Assembly: GCF_009914755.1 (NCBI RefSeq)
Contig: NC_060932.1
Reading direction: 5' to 3' (one strand)
From: the human T2T-CHM13v2.0 reference genome, Homo sapiens
DNA: 64,000 bases
The position numbers and the translations under genes are program-made. Each line of letters starts with the position of its first letter. Position 1 is the first letter of the stretch. A model generated the notes under the pieces. The model did no database searches, was not told the origin of the DNA, and saw only the letters and a list, made by a program, of their open reading frames with translations. Below are positions 16,071 to 29,225 of the stretch, piece after piece.

Positions 16071-17005
16071 AAATATTTTAAAGCAATTATATTTTAAAAT
16101 ATTTTATATTTTAAAATATAAAAATATTTTAAAGCAAAGAGGCATTATATTTGCCTCTATAATCTAATTGGAAGGAAAACGTGATGATACACTGTTAATT
16201 AAAAACAGAGATCCATGGTGAAAAGTAGCTATCTTTGGGAAAAGCTGCTAAGTTCAATTAAACCACTTAAGTTGGCCCGAATGAACTGGGGAAGAAGGGT
16301 GAGACTGACATTTGAGAGAGAAGGATGACAACTCAGGGAGAATGGTTTATGAAACAAACAAGAGAAGAAAGAAAAGGTTACCCAGTACCCATGAAAGGCC
16401 AGTTGAAAGTAAGTACTATTGATGTATAGTGGAATAAATTATTTCCCCATTCAATGACTTTCCTCAGCAACATTCTGTGACCCAAAAACAAAAGCAAAGA
16501 AAACAGATACTAATGGGGGATCCTGCACTGAGAAATTGAGAAATGGAATTACAGAAAGGCATTGAGGTAAAGAAATGTATGTGCCCAACTCTTTTCCAAA
16601 TGGTAACTCATTTGCTGCTTATTAAGGTTCATATAGAAGACTCTAGCTAAGCCTGCACTGGTCCGACCTCCTAGAACTTTCCACATGCTCACAAACTGGT
16701 CACCTTTTTACAGTTGCAATATGACTGAGCATGCATGTGGTCTATTCATTATGATACTTCGTTAAAAATGTTTCTTTTGCTCTTATATCAGCAAACCATA
16801 ACTTCAGTAAGATTACGTGCAATAATTTTCACCAGCACTTCAACTCAGTCCTTTGGGAATTTACTTCACCTTTTGAAATAGGTTGTTATTTTGCTCCCAT
16901 TGTACAAGAAAAGGAAGCTGAGGCCCAAAGAAACTAGTGAAAGTCATTCAGCTACATGTAGTAATGAAAGATTAAGATTCAGACCTTCTGACTGAGAAAT
17001 AAAAC

Positions 17006-17530
17006 TGTAAAATAAGACCCCAAACTCTCCACATGAGGTGAACCCCTTGTGGTTGGTGGAAAAACTCTAAATTTTAAAGTGGAGCCATATGGCCAAAGCA
17101 GGGTGGGAGGGAGTGGTCACATACCCTGGATTTTTGGAGAGAGAAGCTCTTCACAATCATTCTGCTTTGCACCCCTGAGCCAGAACAGTTTCTGTGATGG
17201 GAGCTGCGATATCCTGTGGCTGGAAACCCCTCAATGGCTATTTGAAAAAAACATCTGACAAAGACTTTTCTGGTTGGGTGCTTGGAAACCATCCAATCAG
17301 GTTTCGTCTACTTAGACTAATCAGAGATGAACAAGTTTGAATCCTTAATTTGCATAAATGAGCCAGATTGAGAACCTGAGCAAGAACTTTCCCAATTTAA
17401 GCCAGACTCTCCATTTGTTATTTGTGGCTTTTGTTTTACACTGATGGCTATGTCTCCCCACTCTGCATTTTGTTTTTTAATAGAAAATAAAGTTCTCCCT
17501 TTGCCTCGGCAGATCTCCTTGCTCTTGTTC
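17006..17530 (+). mobile_element. Possible old solo ERV LTR (family not identified)
   Basis: Starts TGTAA; LTR-like order of CCAAT (17293), ATTTGCAT (17349), TATA-like 'atttaagccag' (~17395) and AATAAA (17486); GC higher than flanks. Confidence 0.4.
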
Positions 17531-19080
17531 TTTCCACTGCACTAAGCTGCCCAAAGTAAACAAAGGAGAAGAGAGAAAATGCCCACTTATGAAGAGGGTA
17601 GGAACAAGATTTAGCAGATATAAAGAAAGCATAGGTAAGTGTCAGATAAAAGTAAGTTAGCAATCTGTGAGACAGAGCAGCGTTGTTAATGGCAAAATCC
17701 AGGATATGAGGGTGTTAATGGGTAGTAACAAGGACCAGAAGTTAGGGCCACTGGCAATTTGTTGAGTGAGGAAACTTGATTCGGTATCTCATACACAACA
17801 TGGATTTTAAAGGTGCCAATGATTTAGTGGGAGATAAGAAATATGAAGAGTGTGATGTGAGTAGTAGCATGAACACGATCTCCAAGTAAAGAAATGGCAG
17901 GAGGTGATTGAAATACAAAAGACATTCAGATGCTGAGCTTTTCTGAGTTCACATAAATCACAAAAGGCAAAATATATACATACATGTTGTTTTATATGTA
18001 GCATTTTTTGAAGAAACCACATTTCCACTGAAGGAGTAAAAGAAGTCTGAAGATGGAAAGTTTCTAGCAGCAAACTTTAAAAAAAAAAAAAAGACATAGA
18101 CTAGTTAACGTGTAAGTATGGGTATCCTATGGGTGGAAGTAGTGAATAAGGTAAACTGGAATGAGTTTTGAGGTATGGCGGAAGCAGGAGAGAGGAAGAC
18201 AAATCAGAGAAACAGAAGTGAATAATCTGAGAGTTTGGGAAGTATAATGGAAGAAAGGAGTAATTTTGCAGTATTTTAATTCTGAAATCAGTAGACTGTC
18301 ACCAGAATAGAGTCAGGCAGAGACTCCCATAATATTTCACATAAGGTGTTTTCTGACTGTAATGAGCTCTCTGGTCATGTACTTTGTACTTCAGAGCAAG
18401 ATCAAGGACTTTCCCTGCCTGTTTTGTTCTTAAATATACCTCAAATTAGAAGCAAGGTGTGTGCTTACCAGAAACATGGGACACATCAAACCCTAGTCCA
18501 TGAATTTTTTATAAGCAGAGGAGAATTAAAAGATCAGATTAAATTCAGAGCAATAACTGAAGCCCTGCTCAGAATTAATGTGCCTCATTACCTGAGTGAA
18601 GTTTTCAAGAGTAAATACTGCTCATTTCACAGTCAGAGCACTGACGTGGTGACATGTTTCTCACTCACGCAATTCACTCATAATTTAATATGATAATTTA
18701 TAATTGTGATAAAATATTCTAGGATAGAAATTATGTTTGGCCATTTATGCAACCCTCTATTTTGCACAAATTAATACAATTCATGTCCTGGTATTCCTCA
18801 GAGCTTAAATATTTAAATGATGTTTAATATAATCTTCCCCAATGAGTAAAACTATTTTGGAAAAAAAAAGCAAGATTTGAATATTGCAATGTGCAATATG
18901 TGCAGTGTGCAATATTAAGAAAATGTTTACTTAAATTTGTATTTGTTCAATACTTAGAACAAATGTTTCAGTTAATTTTAGGCTGTTCTATTCTGTTTCT
19001 CTGTGCTATTTTTTATTCTTAGGATATTTGTCACTTGAATTTGTCTGTGTTTTAAATAACCATCCATCAGTTTTTATTAT

Positions 19081-19600
19081 CAGTGGTAAGTCGTTTGGAG
19101 AGATGACCTAAATCTCACCCATTCCTATACACTCACCCCTTTTATCTCCTCCCATCAAGAAGTGAAGGTTTTTTCTCTACTCTTTGAGTTTGGGTTTGGC
19201 CTTTTAAGTGACTCTGGCCAATGAAATATTAGCAGCATAAGATGAGCAAAGATTTTTAAAATATTTGCACACTGGGGCTTTCTGTCTTTGACTCCAAATG
19301 AAACCTTGAGACCACAAAGTGATGAACCTAAATTAACCTACTGGATAGATCCTCTGAAGTAAAGCAGAGCACCACTTGACAGTCTGCTAACCACTTCACT
19401 TGAGGCTATCTTAGACAATCCAGTCCCCAGTAGGCCACCAGAAGAGTGCAGCCAAGTGAATCCAGGAAAAAAAGATCAGAAGAATGTACCAGCTGAGCTC
19501 AGCTGAAATTGCTGACTTACAGACTCATAAGTAAATAAAACTGTTGTTAAGTCAATACATTTTTTTATAATTTGTTACACAGCAATAGGTAACTGATACA
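19081..19600 (+). mobile_element. MLT1 (MLT1G/H-like) MaLR solo LTR
   Basis: 'cccatcaagaagtgaag...gactctggccaatgaaat' and diagnostic 3' end 'aatttgttacacagcaataggtaactgataca'. Confidence 0.8.
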
Positions 19601-19658
19601 CTAGTATACTATTATCCTCTGAAATAAGTGGCATTCATCCGTTTAAAGAGAAGTGGTA

Positions 19659-19955
19659 GGCTAGGTGCAGTGGCTCATGCCTGTAAACTCAGTGCTTCCA
19701 GAGGCCATGACAGGAGGATCACTTGAGGAGAGGAGTTTGAGACCAGCCTGGGCAACATAGTGAGACCCAATCTCTATTAAAAAAAATTTTTTTAATTATC
19801 TGAGTGTGATGGTGTGTACCTGTAGTCCCAGCTACTTGGGTGGCTGAGGTGGGAAGATTGCTGGAGCCCAGGAGTTTGAGGCTGCAGTGAGCTGTGACTG
19901 CAGCACTGAACTCCAGCTTGAGCAGGAGAGCAAGATCCTGTCTCTAAAGAAAAAA
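19659..19955 (+). mobile_element. AluJ SINE
   Basis: Dimeric Alu with J-type 'gcccaggagtttgaggctgcagtgagctg'; heavily CpG-decayed. Confidence 0.9.
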
Positions 19956-19958
19956 AAT

Positions 19959-19991
19959 GAAAGAAAAGAAAAGAGGCAGAGAGAGAGAGAG

Positions 19992-20050
<59 letters not shown>

Positions 20051-20061
20051 GAAGGAAGGAG

Positions 20062-20096
<35 letters not shown>

Positions 20097-20126
20097 AAAG
20101 AAAAAAAGGGAAAGAAAGAAAGAAAG

Positions 20127-20177
<51 letters not shown>

Positions 20178-20251
20178 AGAGAGAGAGAGGGAGGGGAAGA
20201 GAAGGAAGGGGAGGGGAGAGGAGGGGAGGGGAGGGGAGGGGAGGGGAGGGG
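19959..20251. repeat. Compound (GA)n/(GAAA)n/(GGGGA)n polypurine tract grown from the Alu tail
   Basis: About 290 bp of almost pure purines; several perfect GAAA arrays, then GGGGA pentamers. Confidence 0.95.
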
Positions 20252-22429
20252 TAACCAAATCTATGTTTTGATTGACAGGAAAAAGAGGAAATAAAAGTAC
20301 ATCTTACATTAATTCTCAGTCTCATCCAATCACAACTTATACCACTAATGACCCTAACAATCCTTGATCTTCTAAATCAGCTCAGTGTTTTAGAACTGTA
20401 AAAATAAGTAGCTTCCAAACAGTTTTGTTCAAGCTCTTCTATTATTCTAGTAATCCACATGCCAAACCCCATTTTCTAATTTGGTAACAGTGGAATGCTG
20501 GGAAGAAGCCCCAGTGTTGGACAGGCATTTTGGTGCATGCCTGAGTTGATCACAGCAAGGCAGTTGTCCCATGTCATTCATGTTACATCACGCATGGGAA
20601 AGGTTGCTGGGGGAGATGGCTCAAGCTTGAGTTAGACTGAGTTTAAGACAAGATTGTCACTTAATCCTAAGCCACAAGACAAGACAAAAAGTAAGTGCTA
20701 TTCAGGCTCCGTACTAATGATTTTTAACTAGGGATGGGCATCATAGTCAGCAGTAGACTTTTACACTACCAATTTTTCCCCATCTAATCTCAGTTTTGCT
20801 TTAAAACAAGAAAAAGCATCTGTTTTGCTTGTTTTAACATCACAGGTGACAGTCATGCACAGTGTTTACTAAGAATAACCAATATATGCACAGTATAACG
20901 TTAATAGTGTGATATTATTTGAGGTTAATAAGAGGACTTTCCAATAATACAACTCCCACTGGGCTAATACGGCCCCTAAAATTACAGTAGTCTCTTATTG
21001 GCTGAGAATATATTACATGTCCAGGGCAGTCTTAGTATAAGGGAAAGGCTAGAATTAAAAGACCAGGATTCTCTCTTAGTTGTTTAACCTTAGTGAATTC
21101 GTTTAACTTCTCAGTTTTTTCCTCTGCAAAATAGGGAATGAAATATATGCTTGCTAGATTACTGGTGTGCTTGGGGACGTACTCTGCAAACTTTAAACTG
21201 CCATTTAAAATAAAGAGTTGCTATCTTTCAGTAAAAAAAAAAAACCATTAATTTCTCAGAACCAACTGACTAATTTGAATTCTAGCCTATTACCTAATAA
21301 AATGCTGAGAAAACAAGACACGGGTAACTTTGAATTGGGATGGAGGAGATCTCTGAAGTGGGATAATATTTAGGAAGGGAGAACTAAGTATTTCACTCCA
21401 ATGGGAGCCCCTGAAGTGGAATGGAACAAAATAAGGTGGCTAAAAACAATGTTAGATGCAAGCATTGCCTACTTCTCAGTTTAGCTTCAGATCACCTCAA
21501 CAAATGGCCCCAAATCAGAATGGCTTACAACTCCCAATAGGTTCATTTATTCTTAAATTATGAGACAGGTATGGAGAGAAAGAGTGAAAATAAGATGTAT
21601 CTTGGAGTAATGCACTTGATTTGAGATATTTAAGTTTTGTAAGCAGCTCTTCTCTATCAATCTCCATTTGAAATCAGGTTATTTCCATTTTTCATATTTG
21701 GAAGCGTACAGCTATAATAGCAGAGTCAGAGGAGGAATTTTGTGGATACAGGAAAAATAAAACTGAATTGCTCTTCTAATTGCCCTACAGACTTAGCCTA
21801 TATAAATAATTATTCATAATCTTCTTTTATTCTGTAGTGTAATAATTTATTTTTCTTTTGATGGCAGTGACATAGGTTCATTTATTGAGGCCGTAATGAT
21901 GAAAATGAAAACCCAAAAAAAGATGAGCTTATGCACTAGAGAAAAAAAGCATTTGAATAGTTAAAATACTAAACAGTAGAGGTAAAGGTTTTTTCTTTCC
22001 TTTCAAGCTTTCAAAAATGTTATGTGAAGGTGAATCTTGTGCACTTAGATTCAAGAGAAAGAATGAAGATGTTGATTTGGAGGAAATCACACAATTCTTT
22101 TATATTTTCTACTACACAAAGCTAAAACCTATATGCCTTCATACTAAAATAACTTTATGGCAATGCTGAACATTTTTCAAATAATTAATAAATTATTTAC
22201 TAACCTCATGAAGCAGTATTTTTTCCTCCATACATTTCTTTACCCTACAAATCACTAAAATATGCTTTTTATCTTTTTTCTCATTTCCTACAACAAACAT
22301 AATGGCATATATTTCTTTCTTATTTAATACATTTAAGAACAATGATAAAAGACACCTGACCAGGTATATTGTCCAGCTATTCTAAATTGAACAGACTGAG
22401 ACTTGGAGCTGTCATCTAGCTAAGTGGTT

Positions 22430-23691
22430 TTTTTGTTTGTATGTTTGTTTTCAGTGGAAAATAACTTTTATTGAGACCCCACCAGCTGCAAAATCTGTTC
22501 CTGGCATTAAGTTCCTTCTTCCTTTGCAATTTGGCCTTTCTTGAGTGCTCCCACAAATGCTTTCTTCTCCTCCATGGTCTGGAAGCAGCCATGGCCAAAC
22601 TTGGAGGTGGTGTCAATGAACTTAAGGGCAGTCTTCTCCAGAGCCTGTCATTTGGTCTGCACCAGCAAGGACTTGCGGAGGGTGAGCACTCGTTTCTTGG
22701 TTACAACCACACAGCCTTTCAGCATGACAAAGTCATTGGTCACTTCACCATAGTGGACAAAGCCACCCAGAGGGTTGATGCTCTTGACAGACAGGTCATA
22801 GTCAGTGGAGGCATTGTTCTTGATCAGTTTGCCACCCTTGATAAGGTAGCTCTGGCCAATCTTATAGATCTTCTTGTTGATCTTAGTGCAGTGATGGTAC
22901 TCTTTCTGCCCAGTGCGTGCCCCAGAGAAGGCCACACGGTCAGGATGCCATGCCTCAATACAGGCCACCTTACAGAGGCCTCAGCGGATCTTGCGGGACA
23001 GCTTCTTGGTGTGCCAATGACTGGTGACCCCTTTGTAGCCTTTGCTCTTTGTCACCCCAATGACATCAATCATCTCGTCCTGCCCAAACACCTGGTTCAC
23101 AGGTACCTGCTGCTCAAGCCTCTCGCGGGCCCAGTCCAGCTTCTCAGCCACAGTGCCTCTGTTCACCTGGATCTCCATCACATGAGCCTTCTTGTGGTGC
23201 AGAGGAAGCACCACATCTGGTTGTGGGTAATGATATGGATGACTTGGCAGTACTTCTTCATGCTGCTGAAGTCCTTCTCCAGCTGCTTCTTGCCGTCCTC
23301 ATCCAGCCATTTCTTGCAGTACTTGGTGAAGGCCTTCTTCTTAGATTTATGCCAATTCTTATAGAAATGCCTCTTGCACTCATCACTGATGTGCTCAGTG
23401 AAGACGGTCTTGAAGGTCCAGAGGCCTCGAGGGGTTCCCACATAGCCCACAATGCCCGCAACCACCATGGTTATCTCCACAATGGTCACAGCCTCTACCA
23501 CCTCCTTCTTGTTCACCTTGGATCCTGGCCTGTCGACTTCCCACACGATGTGGGTCATGCCAGCCTTGTATCCCAGGAAGGCTATGAGGTGGACCAGCTT
23601 GGAAGGGTCCTCTTTAGGGAAGCTCTTCACCTTCCTGTGATGCCTCCTGCTGCACTTCTGAGGCAGGAAGCGGAGGGACCCATGTCTGGGA
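22430..23691 (-). pseudogene. RPL3: Processed pseudogene of ribosomal protein L3 (uL3); possibly RPL3P9 (number not verifiable here)
   Basis: ORF fragments '[28 protein letters not shown]', '[32 protein letters not shown]', '[21 protein letters not shown]', '[24 protein letters not shown]' match RPL3. Intronless, frameshifted, premature stop at 22648-22650, native stop at 22507-22509, AATAAA at 22467-22472, decayed poly-A at 22430-22451. The first ~7 codons are missing. Confidence 0.96.
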
Positions 23692-23698
23692 CCACGTC

Positions 23699-24044
<346 letters not shown>

Positions 24045-24240
24045 TGATTCTCTGCCTAGATGTTTATAAATAACCCAGGATCATTAAACCAAACACAATA
24101 AACAGACAAATGAATAATCAATAACAATATAGTATGATAGATAATGTAATAAAAGTGCTGTAAGATTAAACAATATTGTCACATCACATTGTGAGGGCAA
24201 TCAGGGACTTGCTTGTGTACTATGTCCAATGAAGGAGATG

Positions 24241-24690
24241 CATATTAGTTTTCTGTTGCTGTATAGCAAATAACCACAAGCTTAGCAGCTTAAAACAATA
24301 CCCACTTGTTGATTTCACAGTTTCTATGGGTCAGGCATCCAGACCTAACTTAACTGGGTCCTCTGCTCAGGGTCTTAACCTAGATGTTGGCTGGGCTGCA
24401 TTCTCATCAGGAGCTTGAGATGCTCTTCCGAGCTCATGTAGGTGTTGGCAGAATTCCATTTCTTGTAGCTGTAGGGTTGAGGTCCCCATTTTCTCGCAGG
24501 CTGTCAGCCAGGAGGTACTCTCAGTTCCTAGAGGCTGCCCACAGTTCTTTGCTACATAATCCTCTCATCGGGTGTCTCACAACATGGATGTTTACTTCTT
24601 TAAGGCCATTGGGAGTATTTCTTTTACCAGTCTGTTAGAACAGAGTTTTATAAAACTTGATGTAACCACAGAGGTAACTCTCCCATCACC
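24241..24690 (-). mobile_element. MLT1 (MLT1D/E-like) MaLR LTR
   Basis: 'tattagttttctgttgctg...ccacaagcttagcagcttaaaacaa' and 'gttggcagaattccatttcttgtagctgtagg'. Confidence 0.8.
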
Positions 24691-25537
24691 TTGGCTTCCT
24701 ACCAAGAAGGAAAGTGAAATGAAAATCAAAGTTTGGAAGATGGTAATAGTGGTGTCAGGAAGGAATACGGATGTAAAGAAAGAAATCAAGTTAAAAGATA
24801 ATGGGATTTTACCAAAGAAAGGAGTTTTCCATTAGAAAGATCAAAAATAGAATAAAGAGAGCTAATCTATACATCAATAGAGTGAGAGATTTGCGTGAAG
24901 CAGACTTCTAAAAGCTTAGAAAAGAAAAAAATAATGAGAACTTGGGGGAAAATGTCCTTTATCTGAGGAATATTTTTCATTTTCTATAAAGTGGAAATTT
25001 TCTCCAGGCATTTATAGCTGTAAACATTATGGTTTTGTTTCAAAACCAAATTAGGAATAATATATTTCAATATTCATTCACTAAAAGTAAATTTAGATCT
25101 AACTTTACACGATATTAAACATTATGTACATTTTTATTTTCCCAAAATAATGATAGCTACTTATCAAGTACCTACCATATACTATGCACTGAGCTTTGTA
25201 AACATTGCCTCAATTCTTACAGCCCTTAAAAATATTAATATACATATTTTACAGGTAAGAAAGTTGAGATGCCAGGATATAAGGTCAAACTCCACAGGAG
25301 CTCAATTACCATTGTATTCCAAGTGAGCTACACATCCAGGATTTGTACAACCTGGTCATATCAAGTGACTTGTCCACATTCTCCCATCTAATGAGAAGAG
25401 GAAGCTCAGGCCTTCTGGCTCCAAAGCCTTCTCTCTCTTTATACTGAACCAAAAAGTAAATTTCCATTGATTCAAAATTCCAGGAAATTCTACATTTCTG
25501 ATTTGAGCTGCGGTTTTGTAGAGTTACTTCTTTATTG

Positions 25538-25750
25538 GGTATTTATTAAGCCTTTACTATTTGCCAGACACAGTATTTGGTATTCCATGTGTTATTTCAC
25601 TTAATCGTCACAGCTTTCTGAGGTACTTACTATCATTACTTCCATTTCACATACAAGAAAACTGAGGTGACTTAGGTTTGTAAACATGCTCATAACATTC
25701 AGGCAATAATTGGTAGATTCAAGATTGAACTCAGTTGTCCCTGACTCATT
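25538..25750 (-). mobile_element. MIR SINE
   Basis: 'tttactatttgccagacacag...ccatttcacatacaagaaaactgagg...ctgactc' MIR core. Confidence 0.75.
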
Positions 25751-26146
25751 CTGCATAGCTAATCTGAGGAACCATGGGAGACAACACACACTGCTCAGTT
25801 GACTTCCCTACAACGGTTAATCTGAAATTATCTTCACATTTATCGCTTTCCTATTAAAAACTATCATGATACTTTGCAATGATTTATCATCACTCATCAG
25901 ATTTTATAGTCACCTCCACACAGATCTGTGGTTGATTAAGTAACTCAATTTGGAAGACATTTCAGTGATGAAAAGTGCTAAGTGTTTCTATGAATAATAA
26001 TTAGCATGGTACTTCAACTAAATTATGTATGTGAGTATTGGGAATCAATCAGCAGAGGCGGGTCAGGTTTTGATGACCAGAACCAGATAAGATGGATTAG
26101 TCAGGGCAGCACAGATGACTAAAGCAGACATTGGCTGCAAAAAATG

Positions 26147-26148
26147 AA

Positions 26149-26187
<39 letters not shown>

Positions 26188-26295
26188 AAACTTATTGAGC
26201 ACCTAGCCTGTACTAAGCACCATGCAAGATCCTGAAAACACAATGCTGAATAAGACAGACACAATCTCTGCCCTCATGGATCTTACACTCTAGAA
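26147..26295 (-). mobile_element. L2 LINE 3' end preceded by (TAAA)n microsatellite (26147-26187)
   Basis: 'ttattgagcacctagcctgtactaagcac...ctctgccctcatggatcttacactctag' is a typical L2 3' end. Confidence 0.75.
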
Positions 26296-26629
26296 CTTAG
26301 CATCATCAGAGTCATCCCAGCTTGATGGAGTATGCTGCCATGGAACTCTTGTAATAGGCAATCAGACCAGTGGAATGCAAGTACATGGCCATGGTGCCTG
26401 TGATCCAGAGCCTGCCCTCAAGCCCCTGGGAGCGTTGAGATGGGGCAAAGCAGGGTTGCAGTACTGGAAAGAACCACGACAAAGGCACGTGGGAATATTT
26501 CAGGGATTCGGATACTGAAATAAGACAGTAACCTGCCTACAGGAAGTAGGCAAGAGTTTGATACTGCAAATAAATCAGGGCCTGATCATCAGGAAGGTTA
26601 AGGTAAGCTTGGTCTTCAGGACTAGGTTT

Positions 26630-26944
26630 ATTTGTTTGTTTGTTTGCTTTGTTTACTTTTTTTATTTATTTTTTATTTTTTATTTTGAGACGGAGTCTCA
26701 CTCTGTTGCCCAGGCTGGAGTCTAGTGGTGCGATCTCGGCTCACTGTAATTCTCCCTGCCTCAGCCTCCTGGGTAACTGGGATTACAGGTGCCTGCCACA
26801 AAGCCTGGCTAGTTTTTGTCTTTTTAGTAGAGCCGGGGTTTTGCCATGTTGGCCAGGCTGGTCTTGAACTCCTGATCTCAGGTGATCCACCCGCCTCAGC
26901 CTCCCAAAGTGCTGGGATTACAGGCATGAGTACCGCGCCTGGCC
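26630..26944 (-). mobile_element. AluSx-like SINE with a short deletion in the right arm
   Basis: Antisense Alu with (TTTG)/(TTTA) tail. TSD 'aggactaggttt' (26618-26629) / 'agggctaggttt' (26945-26956). Confidence 0.92.
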
Positions 26945-27071
26945 AGGGCTAGGTTTCTTAAAGCCCCATGCAGTCTACTAGAAACAGAAATGACCCCAGA
27001 GCCTGAGGGGTGTGTTAGCCTGTGTTCTCCCATCCAGTAGCTTCTGCTATGGGAACTGGAGAGGGAGTCAG

Positions 27072-27111
27072 ATCGGCCATCTCACTTTCCCATCGGCCAT
27101 CTCACTTTCCC
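27072..27111. repeat. Perfect 20-bp tandem duplication (atcggccatctcactttccc x2)
   Basis: Two identical adjacent copies. Confidence 0.95.
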
Positions 27112-28080
27112 AGGCTGTTTTCTCTCTAAGATGACTCACTACATCTGCATAGCCATACTGAGATCCTGCCACCACCTTACGTCCCCAACCAAAAGTTATC
27201 CAAACAATAGTCTCACATAGAACATTCACCCGTCCTTACCAAAAAGAGCTTTTTTTTTCTCTAAGCACAAATTAGACTGTATTTCACAAGTTCTCTTGCC
27301 CAATAATTCTGTTTGGGAACAATTGCTGCCTTTTTTCCTGAAATCTGGACTCCCAATCTTTGCTTTAAGTAGTGAACTTGCTTTAAAAAATAAAACAATC
27401 CTGACAAAGTGCACACACAGCTGTGTGCTGCCTTGGATTGCAGGGGGCCTTCATGACCTGCTCAGTTCTCTGACTTGCATTCTTATCAGGGAGTCAATTT
27501 CTTCAAAGGTCCAAATTCATTTCCTTCTGTTTCTATGATTAATCCCTTTTATTCTGTAGAAGGCAATGGCTTTTTTTTTCTTTTGACATGCTTTCATTAG
27601 TTTTTCAGGACATAATCAGGGAGTCATTTTCCTTCAGTAATGCTATGTATATGCCTGTAGGCTATAATACCCTATGGTGAAAGGCACAAATTGCACATAT
27701 TTGATCAAACAAATTAGAACTACTGTCTCTTGCAGAGAGATGTGATATTTTTCCAAAGGATAAAATTTTAGAACAGGATGCCTCTGGTACCACCTACTGC
27801 AATTTTTTTAATGACATTTCTTCTCAAGATAGTAATTACAAACTCATTTGCATGTAAGCTTGGACCTGTACAATGCCAATGCTGCCAAATATTTAACAAT
27901 AAGCATTTGTAAATATCTGAAGTTAAGCTGTGTATAAAAAGTAAATTACTTACCTGTGAGCATATGGTAAATATTCAAGAATCAAAATAGTCTACACAAT
28001 TCCTAATGACTTAACCAATAGCTTACAAAGTTCTTTCAAATGTTTCACAGTATTTTAACCTCAAAATAGAGTAGAGTTAT

Positions 28081-28478
28081 TGATATAGTTTGAATGTTTG
28101 TCCCTTTCAAATCTCATATTGAAATGTAATCCCCCCGTGTTGGAAGTAGGGTCTGGAGGGAGGTGTTTGGGTCTTGGGGGCGGATCCCTCATGAATAACT
28201 TGGTGTCCTCCCTGCAGTAATGAGTTCACATGAGATCTGATTTTTTAAACGAGCTGGCACCTCCCCTTCTCTTTCTTGTTCCCACTCTCACCGTGTGATA
28301 CACTGGCTTCCCCTCACCTTCTGCCATGATTGTAAGCTTCCTGAGGCCCTCATCAGAAGCAAATACCGGTACTATGCTTCATGTACAGCCTGCAAAATCA
28401 TGAGCCAATTAAACCTCTTTTCTTTTAAATTACTCAGTCTCGGGTATTCCTTTATAGCAACACAAGTGGACTAACAGA
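28081..28478 (+). mobile_element. MST (MSTA/B-like) MaLR solo LTR
   Basis: Start 'tgatatagtttgaatgtttgtccc', end 'cctttatagcaacacaagtggactaaca'. 5-bp TSD-like gttat/gtcat. Confidence 0.88.
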
Positions 28479-29225
28479 GTCATGATGCCCATTTGTCAGC
28501 AACATGCTCATGTATATGTGTATGGACCCTGACTATAACCCACATCTTCTAACCTCAAGTTCAATTTTCCTCTCCCCAGTGGACCATACTCAAAAGCTGT
28601 CGTCTATTTTATTCCTCAACATGTTTCTGTCCTGTATGGAAACTATGTTACATTCTGCATTTTTAAATATCTTTTTCTTTAGAAGGTTTGTTCACAAAAG
28701 AAAAGTTGCTTCCAAATGGCAACTTAGTTATCACTTTAGTGACATGCATACCAGTGAAGATGCAATCTACAGTCCTTTGCAATCTTCTTGCTAGGCTCTT
28801 TAACATTTTCCATATGTGGACCTCCTTATTACTATAAAAGAATTTCAGAGAAATTCAGACTTACAGAGATAGGTAAGAATGTAGATTAGAATGGGAAGTT
28901 ACCTACATGAAAACAGAAATAAAGCATGGCAGTGTGGTAAATTACTGTTATCCTGAGAGTGGTTGAGAAAGTTAAGGTAATTTAGGACAAAATCATGACC
29001 CAACGGACCCTGAAAATATTGAATCCTTTATAAGAATACTCAGATGATTACCTCTTTTCTAGGTTGAAAATTTTTATATCAAAATAGATGCTTAAGTATA
29101 CCCAAATTTTACCTGTTTAATGATATTAAGAAGTAATATCTATCAAGCACTTAAACATACCAGGTACTAATGTTCCATGAGTTTTTACTCTGAATTATCC
29201 TGTTTAATCCTCAAGACATCCTTTA

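Noticed and set aside
19792-20325. Lys/Glu/Arg-rich and Phe/Leu/Ser-rich ORFs
   Set aside because: Translations of the (GAAA)n/(GGGGA)n tract and adjacent Alu.
22471-23364. 297-aa ORF on the + strand (also 23223..23702)
   Set aside because: Exact antisense shadow of the RPL3 pseudogene; begins at a non-ATG codon; long antisense frames are expected from GC3-biased codon usage.
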